Assembly: GCA_016202395.1 (NCBI GenBank)
Contig: JACQOV010000010.1
Location: forward strand, 1-36,469
Direction of reading: 5' to 3'
DNA length: 36,469 nucleotides
Source of the DNA: Deltaproteobacteria bacterium
Lineage (GTDB): Bacteria > JACQOV01
A program made the translations under genes and the position numbers. Shown piece after piece: positions 34,801 through 36,469 of this stretch; the first letter of the stretch is position 1; the number at the start of each line of letters is the position of its first letter. The notes below the pieces were generated by a model. The model was not told where the DNA came from. It worked only from the letters and a program-made list of their open reading frames with translations, and searched no databases.

Positions 34801-35660
34801 GAAAAAAGGGTCACTTTATAAGAAACTAAACTAGAGAATCCCATCGACCAGATAGTCCCTAAAGTAACTACTAAAAGGGAAACCACAACAATCCTCCAAC
34901 TTCGAAAAAGAAGATAGATCGTGACGACGAGAAGGAACAACAACAAGGGGATCACTGTCAAAACATCTTTTTTAAAAACTTCATGAAGGAGCAATTCGAT
35001 GGCAATGGTGCTGCTGGTGTAACATCGGGTGGTCCCGAAGCAACTGCCTCTAAGAACCTGTCTAAAATCCCGAGCCAATTGAAGACGTTCTTTCACCTGA
35101 AGAGATTTTGGATTGATGTAGGCCCAAACAATAGATAGCTGCTCATCCTCAGAGATGAGAAGCGTTCTTTTAAATAGCTGGCTTGACAGAACCTTACTGC
35201 GAATAGAAGCCACCTCTTTAGGAGACAACCCGGAAGTCCTTCCCTCTAGCGAAAACAGTTCTATCTCTTCTCCTGAAGCAACGGGGAAACCTGGATGGGT
35301 CAAGCTAATAACAGCTTCAACGGCAGGAAATTCTCTCACCTTCTGTGTAATGGAATCAATCGTACTTAAAACCTCTCGATCAAAAATATGGGGGGCTTCC
35401 ACTCCTAGGGCAATATGATCTAGCCCGCCAAATTCTCCTAAGTACTCTTCTTCATAATATCGCAATACCGAATCATCCGGATTGAACATGGCCTGCTGAC
35501 GAAGATCTATTTTGAGTTGCAAAAGAAAATAACCAAAAAAGAGGGTTGGGACGGCGAGAATAACGATCGTGAGCCATGGCCGCATCCAAATATACTCAAA
35601 AGCCTTCCGTAGCTGTAGGAGGATCTTTTGCTTCATTAAAGAGCCGAAATTAGGCGCCAT
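31881..35660 (-). CDS. MMPL/RND transporter - histidine kinase fusion protein
   Basis: 1259-aa single ORF: ~770-aa two-repeat MMPL (GAMDILH, GIVIDDTVHY), about five further TM helices, coiled coil, AHEVNNPL, NLLTNA, DTGCGI, FNPFFTTK..GQGIGLGL. Alternative start ATG 35636. Confidence 0.9.
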   Translation of the reverse strand: MAPNFGSLMKQKILLQLRKAFEYIWMRPWLTIVILAVPTLFFGYFLLQLKIDLRQQAMFNPDDSVLRYYEEEYLGEFGGLDHIALGVEAPHIFDREVLSTIDSITQKVREFPAVEAVISLTHPGFPVASGEEIELFSLEGRTSGLSPKEVASIRSKVLSSQLFKRTLLISEDEQLSIVWAYINPKSLQVKERLQLARDFRQVLRGSCFGTTRCYTSSTIAIELLLHEVFKKDVLTVIPLLLFLLVVTIYLLFRSWRIVVVSLLVVTLGTIWSMGFSSLVSYKVTLFSQALLVIFLIYGAMDILHLISHYRMLIKTTPKKEAIAITLREVGPPCILNTLTAFLGIVSLGAADLAAIQQFGVVAAFGMAVLLLITFILWVYALGGESESQEVSSFRMEGWLSERLMGRLAEWPIRFPMAIFSLAIIVMGFFMWGITKLEADTHADRLFPEESEWVQALHTVDLHQGGWVPTWLVLDTGKPEGLMDAEVLKDIDRVEEYLEELPEVGNTFSIVDAIKGTHQAFQGGDISEYRLPDSNPGRLLALTEGSPYSRLVVNNDLSKANIWTSLRFMPSGETDTVLKKISGEVPSLLKTPMTVQMTGGSVIDIHLVHLLLTGQIKSFTVAFVLICVVMLFVLRSFSLGILSLIPNLFPIVITLGLMGWLGIALDVGTAMIASILFGIVIDDTVHYVFRWRREIEEGVSYEDAIRNTLQVVGRPILFTALVLTVGFSVLGFSGYLPVARFGLLSSFAVIAALLGDLFVLPASLILFRPLQRKKKDQIRVFEKEWEIEPLSNWLTRGSQAPHIYLRVALNLILVIFVVSFSVLEVISVPLKPILVTALVQFSLSGVYFFLARYDRLATAMTVLAMVVDVVMISVLIDLFNVAAFPSLLLIYSIVVVYAGLILDVWGGILLGVWSLLGYMGSVHFSGVQIGALHFWLMGGSMVFLGYGAGFLGTQFKKRSLELASAYRALGSAKQDVEKQAKELVQTHGELKQAQVKLKDYAKNLEEKVEEQTQMLIQQEKMAALGQLSAGLAHEVNNPLNTIGLSVMALRDRLESSNLPSKEKAEDLKILDLAREGVIRAAEVTESLGKFAYSGMTAIVDYDVHEGLDATLRLLEHQLKGRIRIHKEYCADGWLQARGGEPNQIWMNLLTNAISAMNKEGDIWIRTERGEKLFSVSIKDTGCGIPKENLSQLFNPFFTTKPPGQGIGLGLSITYRIVERHQGKIEVESEVQKGSEFKVILPLHLEVSDENDKKEENEVVL

Positions 35661-35698
35661 AACAAAATAGCCCCAATAACAGTATCTTAATTAGTTTC

Positions 35699-36469
35699 TC
35701 AAGATGCCATTGGAAAAATCATTGCATGATCCTGCTGCATCGGACGATGGAAACGATCCGATTCTTCTACCTGGCCCACAGGCAGAAGTTTCTCCTCCAT
35801 TAAATGGTCTGATGCATCATACATATCTTCTTCAATCTGTTTTAATTGAGGAATGTAGGCCTCCATTTCGCGCAGATGTGGCTTCATAACGATGCTCCGA
35901 TATAATTGGAAAAAGGCCGCTCCGACTCTTCCTTTGAGAAGATTTGTTAAGATATTTCGCCATGAGAAAAATAAACGATAACCATCAATAACTTTCCGCT
36001 CCAGTTCACTCGGTCTCATGTATTTTGGATAATGAGTTACAAAGTGGGTTGTATAATAATCCCAATTTTTTTGAAATACTCGGTGGGAGGGAATCAATTC
36101 TTCCTCTTGCCCATTATGGAAATCTGTCAGTATATTCAGCATAACCCATGTAGCGCCGGATTCCTGAGCAAACTGAATATTTTTTCTCCAAGTGTCCTTT
36201 GTGTCATCATCGCTTCCTAAAACAAAACTGGCACAAACATGCATACCATGACGCCGAATCATATCTATGGATTTTCTCACTTTCTCGATGGTTTGCCTCT
36301 TGTCAAAATGATCCAAGGTGTCATTGCTAATCGACTCTACTCCCATAAATATCCACAGGACTCCTGCTTTCTTCATGAGTCGCAACATTTCTATATCGTC
36401 TGCGATTTCACAACGGGCGAATAAGAAATAACCCGCTTTTACTCCGCTTTTGATTATTTCTCTTAATAC
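35699..36469 (-). CDS. Radical SAM enzyme, C-terminal part (5' end outside the window), paralog of 18344-19812
   Basis: The frame is open to the window edge (VLREIIKSGVK...); it aligns by eye with copy 1 at MGVES, QTIEKV, FVLGSD.DTKDT, FQKNWDYY, PSEL and EM.AYIP.LKQ.EE. Confidence 0.88.
   Translation of the reverse strand, partial: VLREIIKSGVKAGYFLFARCEIADDIEMLRLMKKAGVLWIFMGVESISNDTLDHFDKRQTIEKVRKSIDMIRRHGMHVCASFVLGSDDDTKDTWRKNIQFAQESGATWVMLNILTDFHNGQEEELIPSHRVFQKNWDYYTTHFVTHYPKYMRPSELERKVIDGYRLFFSWRNILTNLLKGRVGAAFFQLYRSIVMKPHLREMEAYIPQLKQIEEDMYDASDHLMEEKLLPVGQVEESDRFHRPMQQDHAMIFPMAS

Overview
Bacterial chromosomal window; the gene content suggests a deltaproteobacteria-like lineage (inference). 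The housekeeping backbone comprises a GldA/F/G-like ABC system with DUF4340 and corA, a SurA_N-type gene, an RHH/RelE toxin-antitoxin pair, gap-pgk-tpiA-secG-tRNA-Leu(GAG), a sigma-54 activator with a single-domain receiver, and a probable peptidoglycan-recycling region (peptide ABC binding protein and permeases, nagZ, peptidase C26, D-aminoacylase, amgK-murU). The standout is two paralogous minus-strand cassettes (12663-19812 and 29804 to the window end), AT-richer at their 5' ends. Each reads B12-binding radical SAM enzyme -> MMPL/RND transporter -> membrane histidine kinase -> receiver + His-dimerisation protein with no ATPase domain. In the second cassette the MMPL transporter and the kinase are one 1259-aa ORF with an A9 tract at the junction; in the first, the radical SAM gene has a 1-nt frameshift. 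This looks like a synthesis-export-sensing system for a lipid-like molecule (inference). Also present are three copies of a ~120-bp structured repeat with a conserved core but interchangeable outer arms, two REP-like clusters, and several near-consensus promoters.
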